Origin: Stegostoma tigrinum
Taxonomy: Eukaryota
NCBI RefSeq assembly: GCF_030684315.1
Contig: NC_081378.1
Location: 48,278,307-48,342,306 of the forward strand
DNA: 64,000 nucleotides
Reading direction: 5' to 3'
Every line of letters starts with the position of its first letter. Positions within the stretch are counted from its first letter, which is position 1. Shown piece by piece: positions 10,686 through 22,760 of this stretch. A model generated the notes under the pieces. The model was given only the letters and a program-made list of their open reading frames with translations. It did no database searches and was not told the origin of the DNA. A program made the position numbers and the translations under genes.

Positions 10686-13600
10686 AGAGGCAACGACCTA
10701 GTGGTATTATTGCTAGAATCCAGAAACTCAGCTAATGTTCTGGGGACTCAGATTTGAATCCTGCCATGGCAGATGGTGGAATTTGAATTCAATAAAAAAA
10801 ACTCTAAAATTAAGAATCTACTGATGACCATGAAGCCATTGTCAATTGTCAGAAAAACCCATCTAGTTCACTAATGTCCTTCAGGGAAGGAGCTCTGACA
10901 TCCTCACCTGTGTGGCTTATATGTGACTCCAGACCCACAGCAATGTGGTTGACTCTCAACTGCCCTCTGAAATGGCTTAGCAAGCCATTCAGTTGTACCA
11001 ATCACTACAAAGTCTCAAAAAAATGAAGGCGGATAGATCACCTGGCATCGATATAGGCACTGGAAAAGACAATGGCAGAAATAGCCCTGTCAAACTAGCA
11101 AAGCCCTCCTTACTAACATCTGGGGGTTGGTTACAAAATTGAGAGCGCTGCCTCACAGACTAGTCAAGCAACAGTGTGACATAGTCATACTCACAGAATC
11201 ATATCTTACCAACAATGTCCCAGACACCACAATCATCATCCCTGGATATGTCCTGTCCATTGGCAGGATAGACCCAGCAGAGGTGGTGGCACAGCGGTAA
11301 ACAGTTGGGAGGGAGTTGCCCTTGGGAGTCTTCAATGTTGACTCCAGACCTCATGAAGTCTCATGGCTTTATGTTAAACGTGTTTTTCTTGAATTTTTTT
11401 AACAAATCTGTTACAATGCCAAAATAGGTTTTAGTTAAGATCCTTCAAATAAGCATAGATTCCGAAGTAACTATAGATCCACCTATATACACAAAAAAAA
11501 TCATTAAAGAAAAAGTATCAAATTAGTTTCAGACAGTAAAAGCAGCCTTCCATATCATTGCAGAGAGAAATGAATCAGCTAAGTATTTAGTTAATTGGCA
11601 GTTAATACAGTGCAGCTGGCAAATGTTACTTGAATACAGTATCCATTATGAAATGCCTCAAGAAGGAAGATAGGAAAGTCTGGGAAAAATATCATGAAAG
11701 ATGGCAGGGTGGACCACAAGCCTGTCCACCTCTGTCACTCAGTGATATGTTTAACTTAATTGGAAATACATTGAAGTTGCTAAAGCAAGCTTGAACTGTA
11801 TAAAGGTGCTGTACCAGAGAGCCAAATACAAAGGGATAACACAGCAGCGCTGACCAGTAGTAATCAAAGCTGGGTGCATGCGCTATAAATTTAAACTGTA
11901 TTAAGTTGAGACATTCTGAAGCTTTTTGTGTGTGCCTTATTGCTTTGAAGAAACAAATGTTACCTGACACCATCCCCTAACTCGGATTCTCATTGGAAAA
12001 TATATGAGATCTAACAACTGATTAATCAGTACTACACCATGCTGAACAACACTGAGAGGAAGCACTGAGCATAGTAAGAGCACAAAATGTACTCTGGATG
12101 GGGGATTTCACTGTCCACGATCAAGAGTGGCTCAGTAGCAGTACTAAATCGAGCTGGTCTGGTCCCAAAGGTTAGCTGCTGGACTGGGTCTGTGGCAGGT
12201 GGTGAGGGAACCAACAAGGTGGAAAAACATACTTGATATCATTCTTGCTAATCTGCCAGCTGCAGACAGATCTGTCCATAACGGTATCATTAAGAGAGAC
12301 CACCACACAGACCTTGAGGTGTTAACCTGGTGAAGCTACCAAACAGGACTTGCATGCCAAACAGCATAAGCAGCACGTGATAGACAGCACGAAGCAATTC
12401 CACACCAACAAATTCAGATCTAAGCTCTGCAGTGCTGCCACATCCAGTCATGAATGGGGGTGGACAATTAAACAACTCACTGGAGGATTAGGCTCCACAA
12501 ATATCCCCAACCTCAATGATGGAAGAGCCCAGCACATTCATGAAAAAGATAAGGGTGAAGGTTTTGCAGCAATCTTAAGCCAGAACTGCCATACTGATCT
12601 CAGCCTCCTATGGTGGTTCCCAGAATTAAACATGAGTCTTCAGCCAATTTGATTCATTCCGCATCACATCAAGAAATGGTTGGAGACACTGCTTACTGCA
12701 AAGGTATGGAACCTGACAACATTCCGGCAAGAGCACTGAAGACTTGTGCTTCTGAACTTGCTGCCCCTCTAGTCAAGCTGTTCCAGTACAATTACAATTC
12801 TACCCAAAATGTGGAAAGTTGTCCAGGTATGTCCTGTACAATAAAAGCAGGACAAATCCTACCCGGCCAATTACCGTTGTATCAGTCTACCCTTGATCAT
12901 CATTACAGTGACAGAAGGTGTCATCAACAGTCCTTTCAAGCAGCACCTGCTCAGCAATAACCTGCTCAGTGACGCCAAGTTTGGGTTCTGCCAGGGCCAC
13001 TCAACTCCTAACGTCATTGCAGCCTTGGTTCAAACATGGACAAAACAGCTGACTTCCAGAGGTGAGGTCAGCAGGACATCAAGGCAGCATTCAAATGAGT
13101 GTGGCATCAAGGACACCTGGCTAAACTGGAATCAACGGTGATCAGGGCAAAATCTCTTTACTGATGATCGAGGGTAGACTGATACAGCGGTAATTGGCCC
13201 AGTTGGATTTGTCCTGCTTTTAATGTACAGGACATACCTGGACAATTTTCCACATTGTTGGGTAGTATTGTAATTGTACTGGAGCAGCTTGGCTAGAGGA
13301 GCAGCAAGTTCAGAAGCACAAGTCTTCAGTGCTCTTGCCGGTATGTTGTCAGGGCCCGATGGTTAGAGTCATACCTGGCACATAGACAGATGGTTGTGAT
13401 TGCTGGAAGTGATTCATCTCAGTTCCAGGACATCAGGCATAGATAGAGTCGATAGCCAGAGACTATTTCCCAGGGCAGAAATGGCTAGCACGAGGGGTCA
13501 TAGTTTTAAGCTGGTTGGTGGAAAGTATAGAGGGGATGTCAGAGGCAGGTTCTTTACGCAGAGAGTTGTGAGAGCATGGAATGCGTTGCCAGCAGCAGTT

Positions 13601-14750
13601 GTGGAAGCAAGGTCATTGGGGTCATTTAAGAGACTGCTGGACATGCATATGGTCACAGAAATTTGAGGGTGCATCCATGAGGATCAATGGTCGGCACAAC
13701 ATTGTGGGCTGAAGGGCCTGTTCTGTGCTGTACTGTTCTATGTTCTATCTCTGCAGGAGCTCCTCAGGGTAGTGTCGTGGGGCCAAACATCTTCAGCTGT
13801 TTCATCGCTGACCTTCCCTCTTTCATAAGGTCAGAAGTGTGGATGTTTGTTGATGATTACACAATGTTCAGCACCATTCATGACTCCTCAGACACAGAAG
13901 CAGTCCATGATCAGATGCAACAAGATCTGGACAATTTCCAGTCTTGGGCTGACAACCGGCAAGTAACATTTGTGCCACACAAGTGCCAGGTCATGACCAT
14001 CACAACTAAATGAGACAATCTAACCAACCACCCTTGATATTCAATGGTGTCACCATCTCTGAAACCCCCACTATCAATATCCTGGGGGTTTATCATTGAC
14101 CAGAACCTCAGCTGGACTCAGCACATAAACATAGTTGCTACAATATCAGGTCAGCAGCTAGGAATACTGTGAAATGTTATTCACCTCCTGACTCCCCAGA
14201 GCCTATCCATCATCTACAAGGCACAAGTCAGGATGTGAGGGAATACTCCCCACCTGCCTGGATGAGTGCAGCTCCTACAACACTCAAGAAGCTTGACACC
14301 ATTCAGAACAAAATTAGCCTGCTTCCCTGGCAGAACATTCACAAGCATCCATACTCTGCAACACCAACGCTCAGTATCAGCAGTGTATATCACGTACAAG
14401 ATACACTGCAGAGATTCACCAAAAATCCTCAGACAGCACCTTCCAAACCCATGACCACTTCCATTTAGAAAGACAGCAGCAGCAGGTACATAGGAACACC
14501 ACCACCTACAAGTTCTCCTTCAAGCCTTTCACCATTCTGATTTAGAAATGTATCACTTTTCCATCACTGCCACTGGGTCAAAATCCTGGAATTCTCTCCT
14601 TAATGGCATTGTGGGTCAACCCACAGCAAGTGGACTGCAGCGGCTCAAGAAGACAGCTCACCACCACCTTCTCAAGTGCAACCAAGGACAGGCAATAAAT
14701 GCAGGCCCAGTCAGTGATGTCCACATCCCACAGATGAATTAAAAAAAAAA
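10686..14750 (+). mobile_element. Near full-length decayed APE-RT LINE with tRNA-like SINE head and no visible ORF1
   Basis: SINE-like head 10686-~11000, endonuclease (NIWGL...DIVILTESY...IPGY) from ~11115, RT (GAPQGSVVGP, FVDD), tail ending in poly-A at 14741-14750; interrupted at ~11381-12010, 13157-13355 and 13435-13746. Confidence 0.8.
13435..13746 (+). mobile_element. Young CR1 3' end nested in the LINE
   Basis: Open peptide GIDRVDSQRLFPR...RGRFFTQRVVRAWNALP and (tgttcta)2 tail; splits the host at ggacatc/tctgcagg. Confidence 0.88.
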
Positions 14751-15565
14751 TTGCCATTAAATGTGTAACGATAGCGGTGTCATGATAAATCAGTAAGCAT
14801 TGTATTGCTTACAACCTGGTCTTGTAATAACCATAGGAAAACAATATTCATATCTGAGGTTATATAAAACAATGCTGCTTGTCTCTTAATTCACATTAAA
14901 TTCTGTTCACCAATCACCCCTGTGCACTGTCTCCTGGTCAAGCAACATTTTGATAAAATTCTTACAATTGTTTTCAAGTTCTTCCACGGCCTCACCCCTC
15001 TCTACTTTTGTAATATCCTCCGACCCCTCAATTCTCTGAGGTACATGCACTCATTGAATTCTGATATCTTGAATATTATTACAATTAGGAATGAGTGCTC
15101 CAGAAATCGAGAGTCGCAACGTTAGACCAAATGTGTTAAAGTCCATTTACTTTACACTCCTGCTGCAGCAGAAGATCAAACCATCTTCCTTTGACAGTCA
15201 CTGGCATTACCTTTGCTGAATCCCCCACTAGCAACATCACTGGGGTTACAATTGGATGAAGAAATAATGTTGCAAGGCTGCATCTCATTTCCCTCTTTTC
15301 TGCACATGCAACTGTCTATTTCCCCAATATAATGAAAAAAAGTAACAGGGCCATATCTATGTGAAGTTTGTGATACTCCATACATCTCCATGTGCTGTAC
15401 ATGTGGTTCCAGTGACTGTCTAATGACTGACATCTCTAGAGTCTGATTTGAAGCCAGGCGGACAACATATACTCTTTCAACAAAAGTTAACTTCAGTCCA
15501 AACTGATTCATCCTACTACGAAACTGTAGCTGCAGTTCAAACTGTACTGTAGAAATTATTAGGTG

Positions 15566-16341
15566 CAATTTTTGACTTGCCCACTGAGTCAGTAAGTTTA
15601 TTCGCAAACGTTCCATCACCATGCTAGGTAACATCATCAATGCATCTCCAGTGAAACGTTGGTGTTTCTGTCCAGCTTGCTATTCATGCGTCATAGTTTG
15701 ATGGAGTAGGTGGTATCACTTCTCGATTTGTTCCTTAGTGATTAATATACAAGGTCCAGCTTTATACATTTATAAATTCCAGTCTGAGTGCTAGGCCTCC
15801 AGAAATTGTTGTGTGTGCCTTTGCTTGGCTTGTCCTAGAATGGCTATGTTGTCCCAGTCAAATTAATGTCCCTCTTGGTCATGTCTCTTCGGAGCTAGTT
15901 AGTGTTTATGAATCCTGATGGCTAGTTTCCTTCTGGTTTGCCCTACGTAATGTTTTTGGCAGTCTTTCCATCGTATCTTGTAAATAAAATTAGTTCTGTT
16001 AGTTTTGGTTGACACTAGGGAGACATCAGTCACCCTTCCATACATTAAGAACATATCTGAAATGACCACCAGATTACTCCACCCCTAGAAATCATGGTAG
16101 CCCACAAACTGACAGCTACTGATACACCGACCACTAAGAAACAAATCCAGAAGTGTTAATCCACCCCAACAACCCAAGAGAGATAAACAGCAAGGGGTAC
16201 AGAATACTGACACTTCACCAGAGGCGCACTGATGACTTTACATAGCATGGTGACAAAATGTTTGTGAACAAACTTACCAACTCAGCGAGCTAGACGACAA
16301 CAGCATCAACAACCCAAGCTACAAATCTTCTCAAAAACCTT
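15566..16341. mobile_element. Penelope-like element (second family) with inverted pseudo-LTRs
   Basis: Minus-strand GIY-YIG remnant (NFIYKIRWKDCQKHYVGQTRRKLAIRIH, ~15905-15995); exact 14-bp TSD gaaattattaggtg 15552-15565 / 16342-16355. Confidence 0.85.
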
Positions 16342-16559
16342 GAAATTATTAGGTGTTTATTCACCTTCCTTTTCATTAGTGAACAGACAATCAAATGTCA
16401 CCAATTTACTACCACAAAAAGAAGTGAAAGCACCCCACTGGGTTACACGCATTTGAGGAAATAAAACATTTTGGATGGGTGTGCAGAATATTCAATATTA
16501 AAGCAGGCCCTGACTTTACACCTATTCCACAACTTTTCTTAACTTATCAGAGGTGCCTT

Positions 16560-16797
16560 AGCGGTCTCATCTCTGAGTCAGAATAACAGTACAGGTCCTT
16601 TTCTAGGAATTGAGCTGCTACACACAGTATGGTACTGAGGGTATGCCATCCTATTGGTGGTGTTGTCTTTCAGATAAGACAGAAAATAATGCCTCATCAG
16701 CCCTCACAGATGGATGCAAATGATCCTTATGGCACCATCTTGAAGAACAGCAGCTGACTTCTCCCCAGTTTCTTGGCCAGTACATCAATTTGTTGCA
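16560..16797 (+). mobile_element. Ancient Deu-domain SINE (SacSINE1/AmnSINE1-like)
   Basis: 'gtactgaggg...gtctttcagataagac...tggatgcaaatgatcc...ggcacc...gaagaacagcag...ttctccccag..tcttggcca' follows the recalled Deu-domain consensus. Confidence 0.65.
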
Positions 16798-18004
16798 GTA
16801 GTTCTTTGGATAAGATGTGGGCTTATGGCTTTCCACCATCTCACTAAAGGTTGCTGCCACTGCCCATTGGAAGATTTAGGGCAGCACACCTGCAAATTTT
16901 CCAATTAGCATTCATAGCCAGATATCTCACAGTTAAGCACTTGCTACCCTCATGCAGAATGTAGGAGAGAAATTAGAAAGCTTGTCTGAGTGCCAAATGC
17001 CAATCTTAATAGTTTCAAAATTTCAAGTAAATTATCTTTCTAATTTATACTTCCAATGCAAATTAATTCTCTCATAACTCAAAAATCAATGTAGCAAATT
17101 ATAAAAATCAACTGCAAAACAATCAATCCAACGCTATTATTTTAATAAAGAATCAAGCTGAAGGACTGAACAGAAAAAGGAGTTTTCAAAGTTCAGAGCA
17201 GGAGGAAAGATAAATTCTGTAAACCTCTACCACAAACTTTCAAAGTTGTACTTATATATTGTACTTATATATTGCTAGAATCAGCAGATAACCTGGATAT
17301 TATTACACAAAGGAAACCCATCACTGAAGTTCAACACACGCTGGTCATAGTGTTCTTCATAAGGGCAAATCTATAAGCCAAGGATAGTAACTGTATCAGA
17401 TAGCCAAGGCAGCCACATTCACTGACAATCATCCTAGGGCATTATCTGATAATGCCTTAACTCCAAATTGAGGAGTGGCTGTTTGGTTTAATTAAGTCAT
17501 GAAAGTCAATTAAGTCAATCTGTTTTCTTTTCTCCAAATTATATGTGTGTGTGCACATGTTTGAGGAGGAAGTCCCAGTGTTAATCAGTCAGTTTCACAT
17601 TAAAAGGGTAGGCCACAGCCTGAAACACTCATTTTGACTGACAAGTATTTCTAAGGCTTATTAGAAGTGACCAGACCTTTTACTGATAGAGGCAAGATAC
17701 CTCTTCCTACAGGCTGAGCAGTAACCTGCAGGCAGTCTAGATTCTAGAGTTAGATAGAGCAAAAAACATTTTTGAATCTTAGTGTGACCTGGTGAAAAAT
17801 GTCTTATATTACAGACAAGGTAAAAGAAAAGAGAATTTAGGGAATGTTTATAGCATATGGACCACTGTTTGATTAAGAGAGAAAGCAATTAGAACATAAA
17901 GGCATTGAACCACCCAAAATATTCCAAATTTCAGATATACTAGGAAGCATATAGCCATTGATAACTTAGAGATGCCTCTAAGTAACAACTCAACACATTC
18001 ATAC

Positions 18005-18362
18005 CTTTGATCCCGTTCGTTTTGTTTCTTCATCAGCTGATAGCTTCTTTTCGAGAGCTTGTTCCTCTTCAGGAATGTTTTGTTCTTCATGAGATTTTTG
18101 TTCTTCAGGTATGTTTTGGTCTTCAATAGTTTGGTATTCCTCTATCTCTCCTAGTGCCTCCATATCCTCATGTATATCCTGCCTAATTTCAACTGCAGCT
18201 GGCTTAGTTTTAAAAGCTCTCTGATGAGCATTAAACGCAGGACTGTGGCAGGATATGTGATCATAATGTGTATGTAAAATCCGTACAGCAATATCACTCA
18301 TGGCCAATGGTTTAGGGAGTTCAAATTCCATGTGATGCTTGACAAATGCATAACCTTTAAAC
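18005..18362 (-). CDS. DNAI7: DNAI7/CASC1 exon 9 (FKGYAF...FELPKPLAMSDIAVRILHTHYDH...acidic region...TGSK)
   Basis: ctcacag| 358 nt |gtatga; conserved SDIAVR.LHTHYDH motif followed by a Glu-rich segment; phase 2 to 0. Confidence 0.95.
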
Positions 18363-18618
18363 CTGTGAGAAAATCAGAATAAATTTTAAAAGTCTTTTGT
18401 TTTGGTAACTATCAGCAATAGTGATTGATAACAATAGGCTTAATTGTCCAGTAAGCTAATAAACAAACAAAATTTATATTCAAAGAATCCAATGTCAGGG
18501 GGATTTTATACATGCACTTCAGTTGCTGAATAAGACGAGCCATAATGTTCAATTACAGCATCCCCCTCAAGTGACTAATTCACAATTGTGGAAAAAAAAT
18601 AAATTCGAGTGACTAATA

Positions 18619-18855
18619 GAGATAGTAGGAACTGCCAATGCTGGAGAATTTGAGATAACATGGTGTGAAGCTGGATGAACACAGCAGGTCAAGCAGCATC
18701 AGAGGAGCAGGGAAGTTTGACGTTTCAGGCTGAGACCCTTCTTCAGAAGAAGAACTTCTTCAGAAGAAGGGTCTTGACCCGAAACGTCAAACTTTCCTGC
18801 TCCTCTGAAGCTGTTTGACCTGCTGTGTTCATCCAGCTTCACACCATGTTATCTC
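18619..18855 (-). mobile_element. Fold-back PLE mini-element with two inverted hammerhead motifs
   Basis: Arms ~18651-18748 / 18759-18856; TSD gagtgactaata 18607-18618 / aagtgactgata 18856-18867. Confidence 0.85.
18717..18748 (-). ncRNA. Minimal type I hammerhead ribozyme motif (best-preserved copy seen)
   Basis: Minus strand UU-CUGAAGA-A-GGGU-cuca-GCCU-GAAACGUC-AA: both core boxes, stem II and the palindromic ACGU in place of stem III; stem I is very short. Confidence 0.6.
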
Positions 18856-19822
18856 AAGTGACTGATACCTACTTCTGTAATTAAGGAAATGAGCAGTAAA
18901 TTGCAACACCTCAGTAATGACCCTCTTGTGCTTCTTCAACAGTTAATAAGTTCCCCAAACATCATATTTATTGCCATTCACTCTGGAGAATCTACTGCTT
19001 CTTCAAAATTTCTCAACAACAATTGGAAACAATTTAGCTGACGGGCTTAACTGCCCAGAGAAATTGTGTATACGTTAGTAAGTTCACTTCAGGAGAAGGC
19101 GGAAATGAAAATTTAGTTAAAATAAAGTTAAAATTTTCCTCTGAAAAAATGATAGCAAAAAATCCTGCTATTGATAATTTAAAGCGACTATAGTAGGGCA
19201 AAGCAATCAATTGACTCAATCTATGTGATGCAAACCAAATTTTTACAATCTCTGCAAAACCATAATTCCCTGGTGTTACCTTTACCCTAAACTCATACAT
19301 CTTATTCTTAATGATTCTGGCTTTTAGATTTCAGATAATCTCTACCCTTTCAGGCTTCATTTAATATTTCTGCCCTAGCTTACTAATGTTCTTCCTTTGC
19401 TCAACTCCCTTCCAAGTTTTACACATCTGTTAAGAGTCTTTTCCATTCCCTTTACATTTTTAATTCAAATGAATTTGAGCTACTTTTACTGCAGTGAAAG
19501 TCTGTGTTTCTGTACTTGCCTCATAGACCATTTGTCCTTTATTAGTCTGCCTTATTGTTATGGGAGGGGTTCAATCTAACACGTTTAATGTTCCTGCTCC
19601 CTATTCAGAAGAAACTTAAATGAATTTCTAACATTTTCCACCATTTACATAACTCTTTGTGCACATCCTACTCAGCATCCTGAAATCATTCCAACCATAA
19701 AGCAATATCTTTCTAAAGAAGCTCAGTCATAAACATTTTCATCTGTTTTGTAATAGTTTATGGATTACAGAGAAGTTGTACTGACTTGAATCACAAGGGC
19801 CTGCCCACAGTTGTTCTTTTTA

Positions 19823-20148
19823 AACTTATTCACAGGATGGGAGCATTGCTGGCTAGGCTAGCAGTTATTCTCCATCCCTAATTCCCAGAGGGCAAGTAAG
19901 AGTCAATCGTATTGCTTTGGGTCTGGAGTCACATATAGGCCAGACTAGTTAAAGATGGCAGTTTCCTTCCCCAAAGGGCAATAGCGAACCAGATGAGCTT
20001 TTCCAACAATCCAAAATGGGCTTGTGGTTATCATCAGACTCTTAATTCCAGATTTTTTTATTGAATTCATGGCCGGATTTGAACCCAGGTCCCCAGAACG
20101 TTACTTGAGTCTCTGGATTAACAGTCTGGCAATAATAACACTAGGCCT
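19823..20148 (-). mobile_element. tRNA-like-headed SINE (same family as 1-350)
   Basis: Reverse complement of the head (gggttcaaatcc), body and tail. Confidence 0.8.
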
Positions 20149-21359
20149 CCCCACATGTTAAGAGGAGCTTCTTTCTCGATAGCCAAGGAAACCGCAGCAT
20201 ACCCCTATGTGCCTACATAAATGACCTTTTTACATAATGATGTCCATAATAGATACTTAGAAATTAATCACTATCTCATAGTTCCTTAAGTGTGTCCATG
20301 GTAGATCGGTGAATTAGCACAAATGATGTGACAGCAAAGGGTAGTGGGTCATCAATTAGTATGTGTTTACACAAAGTTGATATAGTGTCTATAAGGGGCC
20401 ATCACGGTTTGGAATGTATAGGTCTGGGAGTGGGTTAAAATGTAAGCAATATTTGGCGTTCAAACTAAAGGGATGAATATATAAGAAAACAAATGGGACA
20501 AAGACAGAGGGAACCAAGGCAGACCTCCTAGTCATTATAACTCAGCACTTAGTAGTCCTTGGGGCTGCTGTCAATCTGAAATGGGGGCAGTGGATTGACT
20601 CCATCCCGCATCCACATCTTGGAACAAAGATCCTGCCAATAAGTTTACATTTTCCCAAGATAAGTGCAATGACCTGTTAAGTATACACTCTCAGCCTACC
20701 AGCTTCATAGTGAAAATCCAGGCCTTGCATTCCCTGGATTCTTGAATTTGTTAATGATCTTAGTGTTATGTATGATCATTCAAAATTTGCATTTTAATGA
20801 TTTGATTCTATCAGTTTCCATAATAATTGCTCAGTTCAAGTTTTGTACCAGATAAATTTCAAATTTGCAAATATTAAAGTTCATGTTCAGTCTACCACTT
20901 TCTACATATTAGTTTAATCGATGTAAAATTTGTCAACAACAACAATAGTGCTACATAGTGTCCAAGTCCAATGGACTCCAGATTGTTGGAGATCGGCTAT
21001 ACATCACAAGATTCTATCAGGATGTTGTGGAAGGCATGCCATGACGGCCAATGTGAGAATTGCCCAGGAAATTTAGACTTCTGATAAGCAATTCCTTTGT
21101 ACCTCAGGAACCTCCACAAACATCTCTGCCCCTAAGCTGAAGTTGAAGACTAGGGATAGGCATGTGGTACTTAATCTTCTTATGATGTGTTCAACTGCAA
21201 TCATCCAATTTTTAACACCTGGATCCTCAAATGAACTAAAATGGTTTTAGAAGGAAAAATTTTTGAATTAAAATAATTACAGTGACAACCCAACCAGGTT
21301 GAGGCAATCTTCTCCACAAAACCAGTCAACTGTTAACAAGCTAATTTCAGTTCAGACTG

Positions 21360-21536
21360 AATAAAAACCGAAAGAACTGCGGATGCTGTAAATCAGGGAC
21401 AAAAACAAAGTTGCTGGAAAAGCTCAGATAATGAGTTCTGAGGAAAGGTCACTGGACGCAAAACCTTAACTCTGTTTTTTCCTTCACAGATGCTGCCAGA
21501 CCTGCTAAGATTTTCCAGCAACTTTGTTTTTGTTCT
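21360..21536. mobile_element. Partial fold-back PLE pseudo-LTR
   Basis: Inverted 'caaaaacaaagttgctggaaaa' / 'ttttccagcaactttgtttttg' with a degenerate ctgagga...aaac motif. Confidence 0.7.
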
Positions 21537-21611
21537 ACAATAGAGATCCCTGTGGGAACTGTGCTGTGACAGCCACATCATACAATGTAATTCAATACAG
21601 TACAATATAAT

Positions 21612-22178
21612 TCAAAACAGCACAAGAACAGGCCCTTGGGTTCACTAAACTTGTGTTGATTCTAATCCTTACTTAGACCCACTACTTCCTACCCATGCGC
21701 AGTTTCTACTCCTCTGTTTGTCACCCGTTCATGCGTCTATCAAGATAGACCTTAGATGTTGCTAACATGCCTGCTTCCACCACCTACACTGGCAGTGTGT
21801 TCCAGGACCCACCATCCTCTGTGTGAAAGATTTTCTTTGCATTTCTCAACTTTTCCCCCCTCATCCTGATCCTGTGCCCTCCTGGAGTTGACATTTCCAC
21901 CCTGGGAATAAAACCTCTTACTAACCACCCATACCATCTATGCCTCTCATAATTTTGTAAACCTCTATCTTGTCGCTCTTCAGACTCCATCTTTCCAGTA
22001 AATATGATCCAAATTTATCCAATCTCACCTCATAACTGAAACCATCCTGACCAGGCAACATCCTGGTAAACCTTCCTTGCACCCTCTCTAACGCATCCAT
22101 GTCATTCTGCTTTTGTGACGAACAGGACTGCACACAATATTCCAAACATGGCCTAACAAAACTTTTATAAAGCTGTAA
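21612..22178 (-). mobile_element. CR1-type LINE 3' part
   Basis: LYKSFVRPCLEYCVQ...LERVQGRFTRMLPG. Confidence 0.85.
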
Positions 22179-22261
22179 AAGAAAGAGAAAGAAATTTACA
22201 GCAGCATTGGGCCAGATGAACCTTTGTGCATTGCTGTAGCTTGGATAATTCAAGTCACTAT

Positions 22262-22598
22262 CTTGAGAAGATTTGTAGCTCAGGTTGAGGTTCTGGATGT
22301 GAGTTTGCTCGCTGAGCTGGAAGGTTAGTTTTCAGACGTTTTGTCACCATTCTAGGTAACATCATCAGTGAGCCTCCGACGAAGCGCTGGTGTTATGTCC
22401 CGCTTTCTATTTTCTGGTTAGGTTTCCTTGGGTTGGTGAATGGCAATGACATCACTAATCCAAGGAAACCTAACCAGAAAATAGAAAGCGGGACATAACA
22501 CCAGCGCTTCGTCGGAGGCTCACTGATGATGTTACCTAGAATGGTGACAAAACGTCTGAAAACTAACCTTCCAGCTCAGCGAGCAAACTCACATCCAG
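22262..22598. mobile_element. Young near-perfect palindromic PLE pseudo-LTR element
   Basis: 147-bp arms 22293-22439 / 22452-22598, 12-nt loop, ~31-nt one-sided tail, TSD agtcactat 22253-22261 / 22597-22605, hammerhead motif in each arm. Confidence 0.9.
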
Positions 22599-22656
22599 TC
22601 ACTATTTCCTCAGCATGGGAATAAAATTTGACATTCACCTGCAACAATATGCATAC

Positions 22657-22760
22657 CTGGGATTTTTGTTGAAGTTTGCCCACAAGCAGAGAGTGACGTT
22701 CTCATCAGTAACTACTTCTTGCATATTTCCAGTCTCAATGTCAACAAGATCAATTGCTTT
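22657..22760 (-). CDS. DNAI7: DNAI7/CASC1 exon 8 (KAIDLVDIETGNMQEVVTDENVTLCLWANFNKNP-R)
   Basis: tttttag| 104 nt |gtatgc; conserved GNM..V..DENVTL..WAN..KNPR motif; ends in phase 2. Confidence 0.95.

Noticed and set aside
15176-15640. 154-aa minus-strand ORF
   Set aside because: It crosses a PLE boundary into decayed LINE-like sequence and has no recognisable domain.
17246-17271. 13-bp tandem duplication (ttgtacttatata)x2
   Set aside because: Ordinary slippage event in an intron with no functional indication.
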